Below are positions 9,601-20,700 of a DNA stretch of 64,000 nucleotides, one piece after another. The notes beneath the pieces were generated by a model. That model saw only the letters and a list, made by a program, of their open reading frames with translations, searched no databases and had not been told where the DNA came from. The stretch comes from a virus. The stretch covers positions 32,001 through 96,000 of IMG/VR virus record IMGVR_UViG_3300010371_000029, one strand, 5' to 3'. The position numbers were made by a program, and so were the translations under genes. Each line of letters opens with the position of its first letter. Position 1 is the stretch's first letter.

Positions 9601-12600
9601 AATCAAGAAAATTTAACTAGAGATACGATATCTGACCCAGCGTTACATAAAAATTTTACCGAAGCTATTCTTAATAAGGCTGAAATAGCTGCTTCGAGCG
9701 GTATAAGTTTTGGGGACTTTTTAAGACAAAATATTGGCGGAAGAAATGTATCCGACGCTATTAATTTATTGGGAAAATCTAATCTACAAGGAACCACCGA
9801 AAAAGAAAAGAACGCAGAGGCGTTGCGTAATAATAAAATTTTACTTTCTGCTACTAAAGAGATTTATGATTTTAAGAAAAGAGAACCTGAAAATGTTGAA
9901 GTCCTTCGTAAGTTTAACGATGCTGCCCAACAGGCTGTGGAAAGATTTGAACAGTTTTCCGACGCTTTAGATAATGCTAAAGACCAAATTGGGCGATTGG
10001 GCGATTCTGTAGATTATGTAACAAAAATAGCTGAAGGTGGGACGGGCACTCCTACGCTTTTAGGTGGGTTGAATAAACTCGCACCTACAGCTACCGGTGC
10101 GGGCCGCGCTGGGTTTGAAAGTGTTTTAAAAGGCATTTCGTCTTTTGGTAATGATGATGAACTTGCCCGTCAATTTATCGAACAACGCAACCTTAAACCT
10201 TTTTTAACTGACGTATTTTCCAGTATAGCTAATAAAACCATTCTTAAAAAGGAGGATTATGGAGATGTAGGTATTTCTGATGAAGATAGAAAAAGATTAA
10301 ATATTCCTGTTCCAAATTATGAAAGTAGAATTCAAAGTAGATTTTTAAAACGAGTTGATGAACAAGGTTTTAGTGGTTCTACAAAGTTAGCACTTCAAAA
10401 GTCTTTCGAGGAACTTGGACAACGTGAAGGCGGAATTGAACATTTTATTACTAAGGCTTATGAAACTAAGGCTTTGCCCGAATTAGTAAAGGATTTTACA
10501 AGATTTAATGATGATTTAGAAAATTATTTCCATGATAAGGGACAGGCGATACTTAGCTCGCGCCAGATTATATTAAATGCTAAGGCTTCCGCCGATGAAT
10601 TAACATTTAAAAATGCGGCTAGTTTAGATAAGATTGCAAATATTGGGGAATTTTCACTAACTCGAAAGCTTCGCTTTAAATCTCCTTCTGAAGTCGGAAA
10701 TGCTCTTCGGGCATTCTCCGACAATCAATTTAATGTTCGCCAACAGCGGCTTGGTGGGGCTATAGGTCTCAATGCTGGGGCTTTGAGTACACAGGCTCTT
10801 GCGGCGCAGCGCGAGGCCATTAGCCTTCGTGAAAAGTTGAGGGACTTTGAACACACCGCTTCAAATGAGGATGAATTCAATAGATTGTCAGATTCATTTT
10901 TGTTGGCACAACGAAAGGCGGCCAACCTTAGAGAGGCCCTAGAGGGTCTTACAGACTCGCAGGCTCGCCTAGCAGGCGTGAGTAAGCAGTTGGCCGAGGT
11001 TGAGAGTGAACGAGCCCAAAAGGCCGCTCTTGCCGAACACCTCCTTACTGGAGGTCCCGATGCTCAGGCTCAATTCAGGCTTGGTCAAAATTTAGCCCGG
11101 TTTGTTAATGAAAAAGGTGAATTCCAGGGCGGTATAGTCAATGGTGCCGGCCCAAGAGGAAAGGCAGGATTCGTCTCTGCCCAGTTCGCCCAAGCTAATA
11201 TTCTTTCCAATCCTGACAATGTTAAAGCTCTCGCTAACTATCTGGATTTGACAGGCAAATCCGAAACAAAGACCTCGCTGTTCGCGAGATTGGGAGGCTT
11301 TGATGCATCTAAAGAAAATAAATTAATTAATGAAGCTGAGGAAATAGAGAATTCGGCCAAGACAGCTATTAAGTCTCTTTATGAACTTGGGCAGGCTTCC
11401 ATTGCTAACATTACCGATACGGCTAAAGCTTCTAAGGTTAACTTTGAGTTGGCTACTGCCACCATCTACGCAAAAACTGTAGTCCTTTCAGGAGAGATTG
11501 GGGCTACTCATGCCGCGATGGGTGGCCTTATGAAATCAAGAGGGACTGACACGGTGCCGGCCATGTTGTCTCCTGGGGAGTACATCGTTAATGCTAAAAG
11601 CGCTAGTTCTAACCGGGCTCTCTTAGAGCATGTTAATAAAGCTAGAGGACCTATATATCGGGCAGATGGTGGGCTAGCCTATGCACCGTCAAATTTGGAT
11701 AATATGTCTTATGAACAACTAAAAAAACAAACTGATAGTTTTAAAGCATCAGATTTCGGACCGGACTTAACAAAACTTAGAGATGAAGCTCTTGCAAAGC
11801 AAGCTTATGAAAGACAGCAGAGAATTAATAGTTTAGTTAAAGAAAATCAAGAAGCCCAAATATCTAGATTAAATCAGGGGGCCGCCCAGCAGAGTTATAT
11901 TGATAGTCTTCCTAACTACGGTTCACCTTTAGATAAATTAGTAAACCACCCATTAGACGTAACGGCCGGCTTCTTTCATGGGGGGGCTGACGTTTCTAGG
12001 GCGGTTGTAACTACTCCTTTTAAGGCTTTAAAAGCTATTCCAGGTATAGTTAAAGACCCGGAAGGAACTTATTATGCTACTGAGGCCGCTATTAAGAATT
12101 TACCAAAAGGTATTTCACATACAGCGTTATCTACATTAGATTCTAGCTCTGCTCCGATAGAACTTGGTAGAACTTTAGGGTCAACAGCAGCTTCAAGTCT
12201 ACCTTTACCAGGAATTACCGCTGCCGCTAGTGCTTTGAAATATACTGCTCGCGGAATCAAATTTGGGCAAAATACCTCATCTTTTATTAAAGGGTTAGGT
12301 GTTTTGGGAGACGTTGTTAAAGCTGAACAGGCTGCTCCTTTACACCCATTAGGGACCGTTTCTCATCAAGTGGCTAGTAGAGTTAAAGGAACTAAATCGG
12401 TCGCAGACGCTATAGAAGCAATAGCATTACAAGCTGTAGGTAAAAGGGTGAAACCAAGAGTTAAATTGGGTGACCCAATTCTAGGACGAGTTAGTGAAAA
12501 TACTTTAGGTATAAATCTAACTAGTAATTTAGGGAATGCCGCTAAAGCTGGATATCCATTAAAACCAAAAATTATAGGACAACTTCCCCAATCTGCTCTG

Positions 12601-14121
12601 GGTCCTTTAACTGAGGCAGCTTCTCCAATCAGGTCGCAAGTTTTAGCTTCTCTAGAAAGTGGAGATGTTGCTCTTGCGGAAGCTGTTAGACCCGCTTCGG
12701 CTAAACGTGTTAAAGATATATTAAGTGTTTTACATTCAAGTGCAAAAGCATATAAAACTTATGGAAGTAGGATTAACAAAGGTACTTTTAATACAACCGG
12801 AAAAGTTAGTGGGTTGAAAGCTAGTGGTTTAACGAAGGTAGCAGAATCTAGATTAAAACAGATGGTGGATACCACAAATGCAATTGGAGCTTCTCATAAA
12901 CAGGAAATAAATACTCAAGGAATTTCATTTCAAAATCTTGATATTTTTGGGAAGGCTCATCCCATTCAATTAGTTAGAGAAGGTTTACTGGCAGATTATG
13001 GGTCTCGCGTTTTATCACATGAGACGGGACATTCTTTATTAAGTATAGTAGCACAAGAATTAAGACAGGGGGGTCTGTCTTATTCAAAACTTAAAAACCA
13101 TCCTTTAAAACATAGTCCAATTATTCGTGCGGCTAGATTATTGAACCGATATGGTCTTAGTGGTGGAACAGACCCAATTAAAGGTTCACAATTTACAGCT
13201 ATTCATGAAATTTTTGCTATATTAAACGAATTCAGACCTAACGAATTAAAGTATCTAAATCCAGATGGAACAAATCTTTCCCGTTCAGACAGAATATTAA
13301 AACTTTTAACTAATCCTGGTTATGCGTCAAAACTTGACCCCAAAACAAAGATATTTATTGCTAAGTTCGCCAGTTCTTTAGAAGCGGCCGGCTATGCTAC
13401 GGGCGGTCATGTAAGGGGAGCTTCGGATACGGTGCCCGCTTGGCTTACTCCAGGTGAATTTGTAGTTAAAAAGGGTGTTGCCCAAAGAAATAAAGCTCTT
13501 TTAGAGAGCATGAATAATGGATATGAAAGCGGAGGAGAAGTAGAACCAAAATTTAGAATCCATCATCCTCATAAGCCCTTAAAATCTAAATTTACTGGAA
13601 CAAAACAAAATGAATTAGAAAATTATATTAAGCAACGTCGTCAATTTATTGATAAACAAAACGGGGAAAATGCTGCTGGACAATTATATGCCGCCGAACA
13701 ACAAAGAAGACGACAAGAATATCAAGCACGCCAAACAAATGCAAGAGCTAATTTTTTCCAGCGTGGATTTGGGTTGACAGGAAATCGTTTTGGTTCTATA
13801 AATAGAGAGCAGATAGACCAAGAATTAATTCGTCGCGGCCACAATCCTGATAACGCTAGAGTTAGTCCAGAAAATTCGGCGTTTCTTAAAGTTTTCATAG
13901 AGCGCAGTGGCGAGGCAGCAAAGAAATTTGAGGAAGCATTTAAAAATATTCCGCGCGAAATTACAATGAAGGTTAATGACGTTAATGTTAATCTGGGCGG
14001 CTTAGATATGTTGAAACTTCTTAGTAAAGAAGCAACAGACCAAATTGCCCAAAAGGTATATGAAAAACTTAAACATCTTCCAAATTCGGAAAAGGCTAGG
14101 ATTTTTAAAGGATTAGCATGA
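6670..14121 (+). CDS. tail tape measure protein with C-terminal accessory domains
   Basis: 2483 aa; TP901-like core ('EFDRELRR...LAQAG...VAADFAVES...STGLRNIFTRL'); glycine-zipper segment; two 'DTVPA.L(S/T)PGE(Y/F)' motifs; HETGH motif. Confidence 0.9.
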   Translation: MASKFVISAELNLQGVTGLKEAQTSIKKGLAKTALQIDSITVSQKAISQAQRAINKAVSANLNISKIRFASTALNNLSKQLQGALSKPINIGSINLGKAGFANIARQINQGLANRTITVSQLAVSRSAVNSLARSISAGLANARFTLPIFNVRQNVVSSILSQIRNQLRTAPPVTLNIRANVLGTTRSISGSGGGNAIRQIRADLTDANSALAQFGTQAGFTFKRFLAYKVTTDIFFSISRSIGAATEKFLEFDRELRRAQQVTQESEIAVQSLSQAARDIGKNYGTSSLEILKSATTLAQAGIPLKEVQDIIKVIGKTDLAPTFTSIKNTTEAVIAIKNQFKLSTSEIERSLGSVNKVAADFAVESDDILEAVRRVGGVFAQTNNGVEDGVRNFQQLIAVFTAVRQTTRESAEAISTGLRNIFTRLQRPKTLEYLDDLNIRLRDARGEFIGIFPALEKLNSAFKQLEAKGDTSTKFAILEEIAGSRNLSRALPAINQVGTARSAYFSGLLGENSLNAEKGIAGKSLQNQVKRLGETFFDTYTEIANNDSVKKTAQSFIDLSSSILTLTKNLAGLTPVLASLGVGFGLKALQTTLFNFGKGFFGASLPNGTRLSPNANSKYTASPSQLVQRASLFQGTPRIQSSYSAISNNQRFYRNAKTSGLSSTILGNSVLPDGSTPEAKALLGAQTGIVNARNRISSLQTSIQSSTNANEILTFKQSLLKSARAISVLETTVSQLTPVVAQQTRLIGGFGGAVVNVGRGTRRVSTLGRIPRGLRNLGSAALRHSPGIVNSLSTAALLGTSFLDTEQTPDLSNSSSKRIKASLQGAGFGSFSGAFVGTQLAGPIGGTVGALGGAIGGFISAFDRATREIESIKIDRSLSELSGKFSTLREKLADVINPLERLKIIAETFGGKDPLDEVFKEFDKKRNQNEKEATFGRDVVRGIFSPYEAVHRFLGGNPRRFGAADTISDFVGLSPNQENLTRDTISDPALHKNFTEAILNKAEIAASSGISFGDFLRQNIGGRNVSDAINLLGKSNLQGTTEKEKNAEALRNNKILLSATKEIYDFKKREPENVEVLRKFNDAAQQAVERFEQFSDALDNAKDQIGRLGDSVDYVTKIAEGGTGTPTLLGGLNKLAPTATGAGRAGFESVLKGISSFGNDDELARQFIEQRNLKPFLTDVFSSIANKTILKKEDYGDVGISDEDRKRLNIPVPNYESRIQSRFLKRVDEQGFSGSTKLALQKSFEELGQREGGIEHFITKAYETKALPELVKDFTRFNDDLENYFHDKGQAILSSRQIILNAKASADELTFKNAASLDKIANIGEFSLTRKLRFKSPSEVGNALRAFSDNQFNVRQQRLGGAIGLNAGALSTQALAAQREAISLREKLRDFEHTASNEDEFNRLSDSFLLAQRKAANLREALEGLTDSQARLAGVSKQLAEVESERAQKAALAEHLLTGGPDAQAQFRLGQNLARFVNEKGEFQGGIVNGAGPRGKAGFVSAQFAQANILSNPDNVKALANYLDLTGKSETKTSLFARLGGFDASKENKLINEAEEIENSAKTAIKSLYELGQASIANITDTAKASKVNFELATATIYAKTVVLSGEIGATHAAMGGLMKSRGTDTVPAMLSPGEYIVNAKSASSNRALLEHVNKARGPIYRADGGLAYAPSNLDNMSYEQLKKQTDSFKASDFGPDLTKLRDEALAKQAYERQQRINSLVKENQEAQISRLNQGAAQQSYIDSLPNYGSPLDKLVNHPLDVTAGFFHGGADVSRAVVTTPFKALKAIPGIVKDPEGTYYATEAAIKNLPKGISHTALSTLDSSSAPIELGRTLGSTAASSLPLPGITAAASALKYTARGIKFGQNTSSFIKGLGVLGDVVKAEQAAPLHPLGTVSHQVASRVKGTKSVADAIEAIALQAVGKRVKPRVKLGDPILGRVSENTLGINLTSNLGNAAKAGYPLKPKIIGQLPQSALGPLTEAASPIRSQVLASLESGDVALAEAVRPASAKRVKDILSVLHSSAKAYKTYGSRINKGTFNTTGKVSGLKASGLTKVAESRLKQMVDTTNAIGASHKQEINTQGISFQNLDIFGKAHPIQLVREGLLADYGSRVLSHETGHSLLSIVAQELRQGGLSYSKLKNHPLKHSPIIRAARLLNRYGLSGGTDPIKGSQFTAIHEIFAILNEFRPNELKYLNPDGTNLSRSDRILKLLTNPGYASKLDPKTKIFIAKFASSLEAAGYATGGHVRGASDTVPAWLTPGEFVVKKGVAQRNKALLESMNNGYESGGEVEPKFRIHHPHKPLKSKFTGTKQNELENYIKQRRQFIDKQNGENAAGQLYAAEQQRRRQEYQARQTNARANFFQRGFGLTGNRFGSINREQIDQELIRRGHNPDNARVSPENSAFLKVFIERSGEAAKKFEEAFKNIPREITMKVNDVNVNLGGLDMLKLLSKEATDQIAQKVYEKLKHLPNSEKARIFKGLA

Positions 14122-16286
14122 GTTTTCCTCTAATTCGTAGATTTACAATTGGTAGTGGGGTTGGATGCGATTATACCAATCTCCAAAGCTGGTGGGGCGA
14201 TTGGGGTGGCAGGAATCTAATTAACAATAACGAAATTATAATTGCTGATATGGCCCCTCAATTGTTTGTAGCTAGCGGCCACCTTGATATGAATGATGGA
14301 TATTTTTCCACTAACTCTGTGACTGATGCCGGGCATTATTACATGGTCCGGGGACAATATGGGAACTGTTTTGATGGAAATTTCAATGGTTTACCGAATA
14401 CTCCGAATAATAGCACTTTTCCTTATAGTGGGGCTAGCGGTACGATTTTGCGGTTTGATACGGGTATAGCAGGAATACCAGTTTATGGATTAAGCAATGG
14501 TCAATACGCATGGGGCGAAAATGCTTATTTAAACGATTTAGACTTTTTTGGAGTCAGATGTAAAATACCTTATACACGATTTGAAAATTTTACAATTTGT
14601 AATGCTAATTTTAATTATTGGGCCTATCCCACCCTAGGAGCTTCTGGTACAAGTCAATCATTTCTTAATTTACCCAATATTAAATTACACGGCATTGATT
14701 GTATTAATACTAGCGGAGTGATAATTGATTCAGTGGCAGTGGGTGACCTTTCTATATTTGCTTATTGCCCCAATTTTAACTATAACGGAGCTAGTCCGCC
14801 GACCGGATATGTTTCATTACCTTTATATACTAATCCCACTACTATTAGTGCTATAGGAATTCAAACCAACAATTCTGTAGTTAGAAATTGTATGGTTTAT
14901 GACATATATGCCGCCGCTTCTGGCTTTATATCAGGTAGTGGAAGTTTAAACATACAATCCTGTGGAATTTTATCGAGTGGATTTTTTGGAAGTGTTTTAA
15001 ATAATACAGTTGGAAGGTGTCAACTAGATAATTTTGCTTTAACTCCTACTAGTGGTACTTTCACTAATTCTAATCCTTATCCCGCTGCCGCTATAGGGAT
15101 GATGAATCCTACATATAATGATGTAAATTTTAATGACAGTATTTTAGGAACACCTTTCGGATTTTGTTTGAATAATTATGCATTTCAATCTCCTTCTGGT
15201 TACTTATTTTTAAGTAGTAGCTTTCATCCAACTTTAATAGCTAATGCATCTGACCAATTTACACCAGGAGGGCCTGTATTTACTCCTACGTTTATTCCTC
15301 AACAACCTATATCTAATTTATCTTCTTCAATCGCGTTATTAGCTTCGGGCAATCTTAGAGCAAATCCAAGTGGTAAATTAGTTGGTTCAGGTGTAACAGT
15401 TGATACCTTTAATTGGAATTATACTCTTAGTGATTACAATCCTTTTTCATGGTTATTTAGATTTAGTTGGGATTTTGAAGGACAACCTAGGTTATCTAGT
15501 TGGACCATTGGCGCGGACCAGTCATATTTACAAAGTAGCAAAACTGTATATGGAAAAAATACTTTCACGCCCGATGGACTTCCTCTTTATGTAGGACCAC
15601 CAGCTAATACGGAAACAGCTTTTTTACCACTTTATTTACATGAGAATGTAAGCTCTGGCTATATTCCTCTTTATATTTCAACGTTTGATAATTTGCCCCA
15701 CATTTCTGGATTTATGCCTTTGGTTATACCAGGATTGAATCCGGCACCACCTTCCCCTCCAGGACCACAACCTATAAATAATGATATTCCTTTATATTTA
15801 TTTAATGTACAAACGGGAGAATATGGTGAATATGGCACGGGGGACCCACAATATTACTCATTGGGTCTAAATTTAACTCTTTTAGCGTCTAAACAAAGTT
15901 TATCCAATTTAATGAGTTTATATATAGGGGCGGCCACCCCTTCAGAAGTGGGGGATATTTCTTTATTTTTAGAAAACGCTTATTCAGATATTAATGGAAA
16001 TATTACATTATTTATAGAAGGATTAAGTCTCAGCGGTGCGGAAGATTCTTCTGGTATACCATCATTGTCTACTATGCCCCTTTTTATGGAAAGAATCCCC
16101 GGAGATGGAATTCCGTTGTATATATCTGGTAAGGACGTTGAAGATTCAAATGGTCAAATTACGCTCTTTATGGACGCTCTCTACGAAACTATTAGTAATT
16201 TAGACAACGGGGATATATTTACACTTCTTCTTACTTCATTTGATTATTCAAACGCAAACGCAAAACTTTATATTAGAGGATTTTAA
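14118..16286 (+). CDS. virion structural protein (tail/baseplate-associated) with C-terminal PL(Y/F) repeats
   Basis: S/G/N/T-rich; beta-helix-like N half; about 14 repeats of [ILM][PST]L[YF][ILM]; ATGA overlap with tape measure. Confidence 0.55.
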   Translation: MSFPLIRRFTIGSGVGCDYTNLQSWWGDWGGRNLINNNEIIIADMAPQLFVASGHLDMNDGYFSTNSVTDAGHYYMVRGQYGNCFDGNFNGLPNTPNNSTFPYSGASGTILRFDTGIAGIPVYGLSNGQYAWGENAYLNDLDFFGVRCKIPYTRFENFTICNANFNYWAYPTLGASGTSQSFLNLPNIKLHGIDCINTSGVIIDSVAVGDLSIFAYCPNFNYNGASPPTGYVSLPLYTNPTTISAIGIQTNNSVVRNCMVYDIYAAASGFISGSGSLNIQSCGILSSGFFGSVLNNTVGRCQLDNFALTPTSGTFTNSNPYPAAAIGMMNPTYNDVNFNDSILGTPFGFCLNNYAFQSPSGYLFLSSSFHPTLIANASDQFTPGGPVFTPTFIPQQPISNLSSSIALLASGNLRANPSGKLVGSGVTVDTFNWNYTLSDYNPFSWLFRFSWDFEGQPRLSSWTIGADQSYLQSSKTVYGKNTFTPDGLPLYVGPPANTETAFLPLYLHENVSSGYIPLYISTFDNLPHISGFMPLVIPGLNPAPPSPPGPQPINNDIPLYLFNVQTGEYGEYGTGDPQYYSLGLNLTLLASKQSLSNLMSLYIGAATPSEVGDISLFLENAYSDINGNITLFIEGLSLSGAEDSSGIPSLSTMPLFMERIPGDGIPLYISGKDVEDSNGQITLFMDALYETISNLDNGDIFTLLLTSFDYSNANAKLYIRGF

Positions 16287-17701
16287 TGCCCGTTTCATAC
16301 AATAGCAATTTAATGATACCGGCCCCTTTAGTCGATATCAATAAGAGTTATAATAGGACTCAATCTGGCGACCAGAAACTTGGGGCAATTTTTAATATAA
16401 CTATTACCGGTCAATTGGTAGCCTATAAGGGTTCTCCAGATAGTTCTAGAGTATTTTGGAATCAACCGGGCGACCCACCTGATGAAACTGACATTTTTGA
16501 CGATACAACCACATGGATGGGGGCATTAGAGAGAAAACAGGAGGCTCTAAGAGAGCTTTTTGCCGACGACGGGTATTTATTTGAAATTACCCCTTTAGAT
16601 GGTTCGCCCCCCATTTCCTTTTATTCTAGGACCGTTTCATTAGATTTTGCAGCAGGATTGTGGACTTATTTGACCGACTACACCATTGTTTTAGAAGCCA
16701 CACAAATTTTCATTTCTGGTTCTCCCTTAGGGGATGAGGACGATTTTAATCAATTCTTGACCCAAGCTAATGAAAATTGGACAATTGAAATGGCCGAAGA
16801 CAATGAACATATATTTAATGTTTCACACAATATTTCAGCAGTAGGAAGAACCAGTTATGCAAGTGATGGGACAGAAATACCCGGATGGGTCTCTGCTAGT
16901 GGATTCGTCCAATCTAAGTTAGGTTATCAATCAGGAATAGGTAATTCACCCGGCGTATTGAATCTTCCGGCAGTGAGTGGTTATACTCCTTATAACTATT
17001 TCCGTTCTCTCAATATGGACGAATTGGACGGTTCGTATGGAATTAGTGAAACGTGGGTTCTATCTTTAGCCGCCGCGAGGGAGGATTTTGAGGTTCAAAG
17101 CACATTTGACGTTACCACCGGAAGAACCACCGTAAACGTTCAGGGCACAGTAACAGGTTTAAATACGCGAGATGATAATTTTCAACTAACTACTTCAAAG
17201 TATACCGCCGCCGCTACTTATTGGAGTGGGATTCAGGGAGATATTTATGTAAGAGGAAACACATATGCCGGGGTAAGTTTAAATCCACAGGCTTTGAGTC
17301 AAACAGTGGGCGAAAATCCAATTGCGGGCGTTATTTCTTATAATTATGTTTATGATAATAGACCGCCAAATATTACACCCAGTTCACTCATAGAAACTAT
17401 CAACGTTCAGGACAATTTCCAAAACGACGTATTCGCTGCTATCCCTATTATAGGGCGAACAGCCGGGCCGATTTTTCAAAATATGAATACTAAAACCCCC
17501 CGGTCTAGAACGCTTTCAATTGAATTGCACTATCCTTCAGCTAGCGGCGCATGGTCTTTTCAGAATAAACCGGACGTTTCAGCAATAGTTTCAATGGTAA
17601 CCCCCACAGCTACTAACGTGTTTCAATCTGACGGAAATGATAATTGGGACTGGAAAAACGGGATTTATACATATCTTCAAACATGGACCTATGGTAATTA
17701 G
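16286..17701 (+). CDS. putative distal tail/baseplate protein
   Basis: Beta-rich acidic ORF downstream of tape measure; TAATG coupling. Confidence 0.5.
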   Translation: MPVSYNSNLMIPAPLVDINKSYNRTQSGDQKLGAIFNITITGQLVAYKGSPDSSRVFWNQPGDPPDETDIFDDTTTWMGALERKQEALRELFADDGYLFEITPLDGSPPISFYSRTVSLDFAAGLWTYLTDYTIVLEATQIFISGSPLGDEDDFNQFLTQANENWTIEMAEDNEHIFNVSHNISAVGRTSYASDGTEIPGWVSASGFVQSKLGYQSGIGNSPGVLNLPAVSGYTPYNYFRSLNMDELDGSYGISETWVLSLAAAREDFEVQSTFDVTTGRTTVNVQGTVTGLNTRDDNFQLTTSKYTAAATYWSGIQGDIYVRGNTYAGVSLNPQALSQTVGENPIAGVISYNYVYDNRPPNITPSSLIETINVQDNFQNDVFAAIPIIGRTAGPIFQNMNTKTPRSRTLSIELHYPSASGAWSFQNKPDVSAIVSMVTPTATNVFQSDGNDNWDWKNGIYTYLQTWTYGN

Positions 17702-17703
17702 GA

Positions 17704-20700
17704 ATGACAACTCCTTTAACTCAAGCAACATTTCTAGGAGCGAGTGTTGTTAGTTTCAACTCTGAAATAGGGTGGGGGTCTACACCTTCAGTTTTAACTT
17801 TAACTTTAGTAGAGGACCCTGCTCAGAATCAACATTTCACCAAACCTGACCCAGGAACACCGGTTGTTTTCAGTTATGGAAATTTCAGTTTCGGCGGAAT
17901 TATTCAAAAATGGACCGAAATACATAACTTAAGCATGAACCCAGGATATGAGGTAGTGGTGAATGACCCCCGCGAAATACTTGAAGGCGCGCAGGTTATT
18001 CTTAGTGAATACGGCGGCCCAACCGAAGGCGTGCCCAATTTAATTAATGCTTATGGAGCTTACGAGTTTGGTTTTTCAGGTTTGACCGACCAGGGTATAC
18101 CTTGGAATTCTGTTTTACCCGTTTTAGAGGATTCTGTCTTAACTTTGAATGGTTACCAATTTACCGTAGACTACTCCAATCTTCCTAAAGCACCGTTTTA
18201 TTACGTAATGCCGGGTTTAAACGAGAGTGTACTTAGTCTTATTTCTACAGTTTGTTTTGATGGCGGCTGTGACTTTATTGTTAATATGACCCAAAGCCCC
18301 CAAAAGAAGGGTGGCCCCAAAAATGTTATTACCATTGACGTAATCTTTAGGGTAAATCAATCGCCCTCGGCCAATAGTTCTATTCTTAAATATGTTAATG
18401 CTAACACTAATATTCAAAGTTATACCTACGGAAAGGAGTTAAGGAACGAGCCAGTAGCAGCCTTTTTAATGGGCGGACCAATAGCTGAAATTTATCAGAG
18501 TGCTAGCTTGATGCAATTTTGGGGATTTGACGTAAACGGAAATCCAATCACAAATAGTGATGTTATCCCTCTAGACGCTAGACCTTTAAACAATGCTATT
18601 ATAGGCCCTACTTATGTTACTTCTGTAACTGAAATGCGTATTGCGATGGGGAGTCAGAGAGGGTGGGAGGCTTATCTTGCATTAAACAATCCCGACCTTG
18701 CGGCTGCTTTAGGTTTGTATCCAGCTTTAAATTTAGGTCCCCTAGTTAATGAATATGTTTTTGTTGGTAATCAAGCTATAGATAAGGCCGGTAATACTCT
18801 ATCTGCGAGCCAAGTAGTTGCTAGAGTATTTGAAGATACAGCTAATCGCGCGACATTAGCTTCTGAAAGTGATTTTGATACTATCTTTAACCCTATTAGT
18901 GCTCTATATAAATTTATTGTAGGAATAGCTAGAGAGTATTACGGCAGGAAATACTTATGTCAGCTTCCATTTGTTTTGAGTTATATAGACCAGTACAGTC
19001 AACAGGTGGTTTTTAGTAGAAGTCCCGTAGAAGCTGGGTGGATGGAAAGTTTAGGATTTGGACAAACTCCCATCGGTATTAGTAATGAGAATAAATATTT
19101 TTTTCAGGTTCCAGATGGAAGATATGTACCGTTCGTAGTTTATAACACTACAGATAACGTTGACCTTACTAATATTTCCAATCAAAATGCAGTAATTGAT
19201 AATGGTGCAATTTATGTTAAAACTACTGTAGACCCTCAAGTAATAACAGGTGGAACGGGCGGTTTTAATCCATTCGCACTTGCTCCCCAGGTTATGGGCA
19301 ATATTCCTTATGCTGTTGTTACTGTGGATGAACCGGTTTTACATTTAGTTGACGCTATAGGGTTCCCACCTTTATATGGAATGATGAATTGGTTACAGAG
19401 TAATGGGGTGCCTAAACAATTTATTCAAGAAATGTTACGGGCCGCTGCTACTTATCCTATTGCTATTCCCATGCCCAATCTTCCATATACCCCAAGCGCC
19501 GCTGCTATTCCTCTAGATAATAAAACAATTTGTTATGGGCCTTGGAGCGTTTGTCAAAAGGGAGTTCAAGGTAAGGTAGAGGTAGTTAGAGACGAAAATT
19601 TGGTTCCGTGGAATTTTGGAAGTGTGAACTTCATGAATATAGCGGCTCTAGATAAAATCCAAAGATTCGCGACGGGCCAATTAATTATGGAGGCGGGCAG
19701 TGTGGAACAGGCCGGTATTCCGGCGGTTAATATAGGGCAGGCCCTAATTTCAGGAGGACCGACTGTAACTAATATTAGCTGTCAACAAGCAATTGAAGGT
19801 ATAGTAACTGCTTATCAGATGCAAACCTATACCCGACGTTTTGGGGATTTTGGTAAATATGACGTACAACGTTTCATGATTCTTGGCAGATTAAACGCAA
19901 GGTATATTAATTCTATTAGGAACTTCTACGCATTATTTAATAAATTTAACATAACTAGTTTAACCGGAGTTATATCAAAACTTAACCGAATTGCTAATGC
20001 TGGAGCAGCCGCTACCAATCCTTTTGGCGTTATGAATGCAATGGTTGGTCAATATGGTAGTAATAAAGTAGCTAGCGCGTCAATTGAAGGAATGATAGCG
20101 AGATTAAACGCGGACGATGATAATACTTATAAAGGAATCGGCGGTTGTTCTATGGATGGTATTTGGCGCACTTTTTCAACCGACCCAAATGAACAGAATT
20201 TACCGCATTTTGAACAGGCGGCTAGTGGAACTCCTTCTCCTACAGTTTCAGATTTACACCCATTTCCTAGTGGAAATGATATTGAGCGACTAGTATATGG
20301 AAAGACTTATCCGGCCTCTGGTCTTTTAAGTAAAGTTGGTTATGACCAAAACAGTGTTCGTAGTATAGGATTAAGGGGGCCGTTAGTAGTAGCGGGGTGG
20401 GGTTATGATACTAAAAACTTCCCTGTCCCCAATAAAACGCCCGATTCACCAGGAGATGATTTTGCCGATGATTATCTTACCAATCAAAATAATTGGAAGT
20501 GCGGGCCGGTTGATTTAAGATGGGATAATAATAAGAAAACATGGGTGGCACAGGGTGTTACCGTTAAATTCGGAATCCTTCAGGGTGGAATATATGGTTC
20601 GCCGTGGGGGGTAGGAAGTGGTAATTTCTTCGCTTCTGGTCTAGCTAACATATTAAATATTAAGGGAAGTGGCTCAAATACTTATTTCGAGATGGACCCA

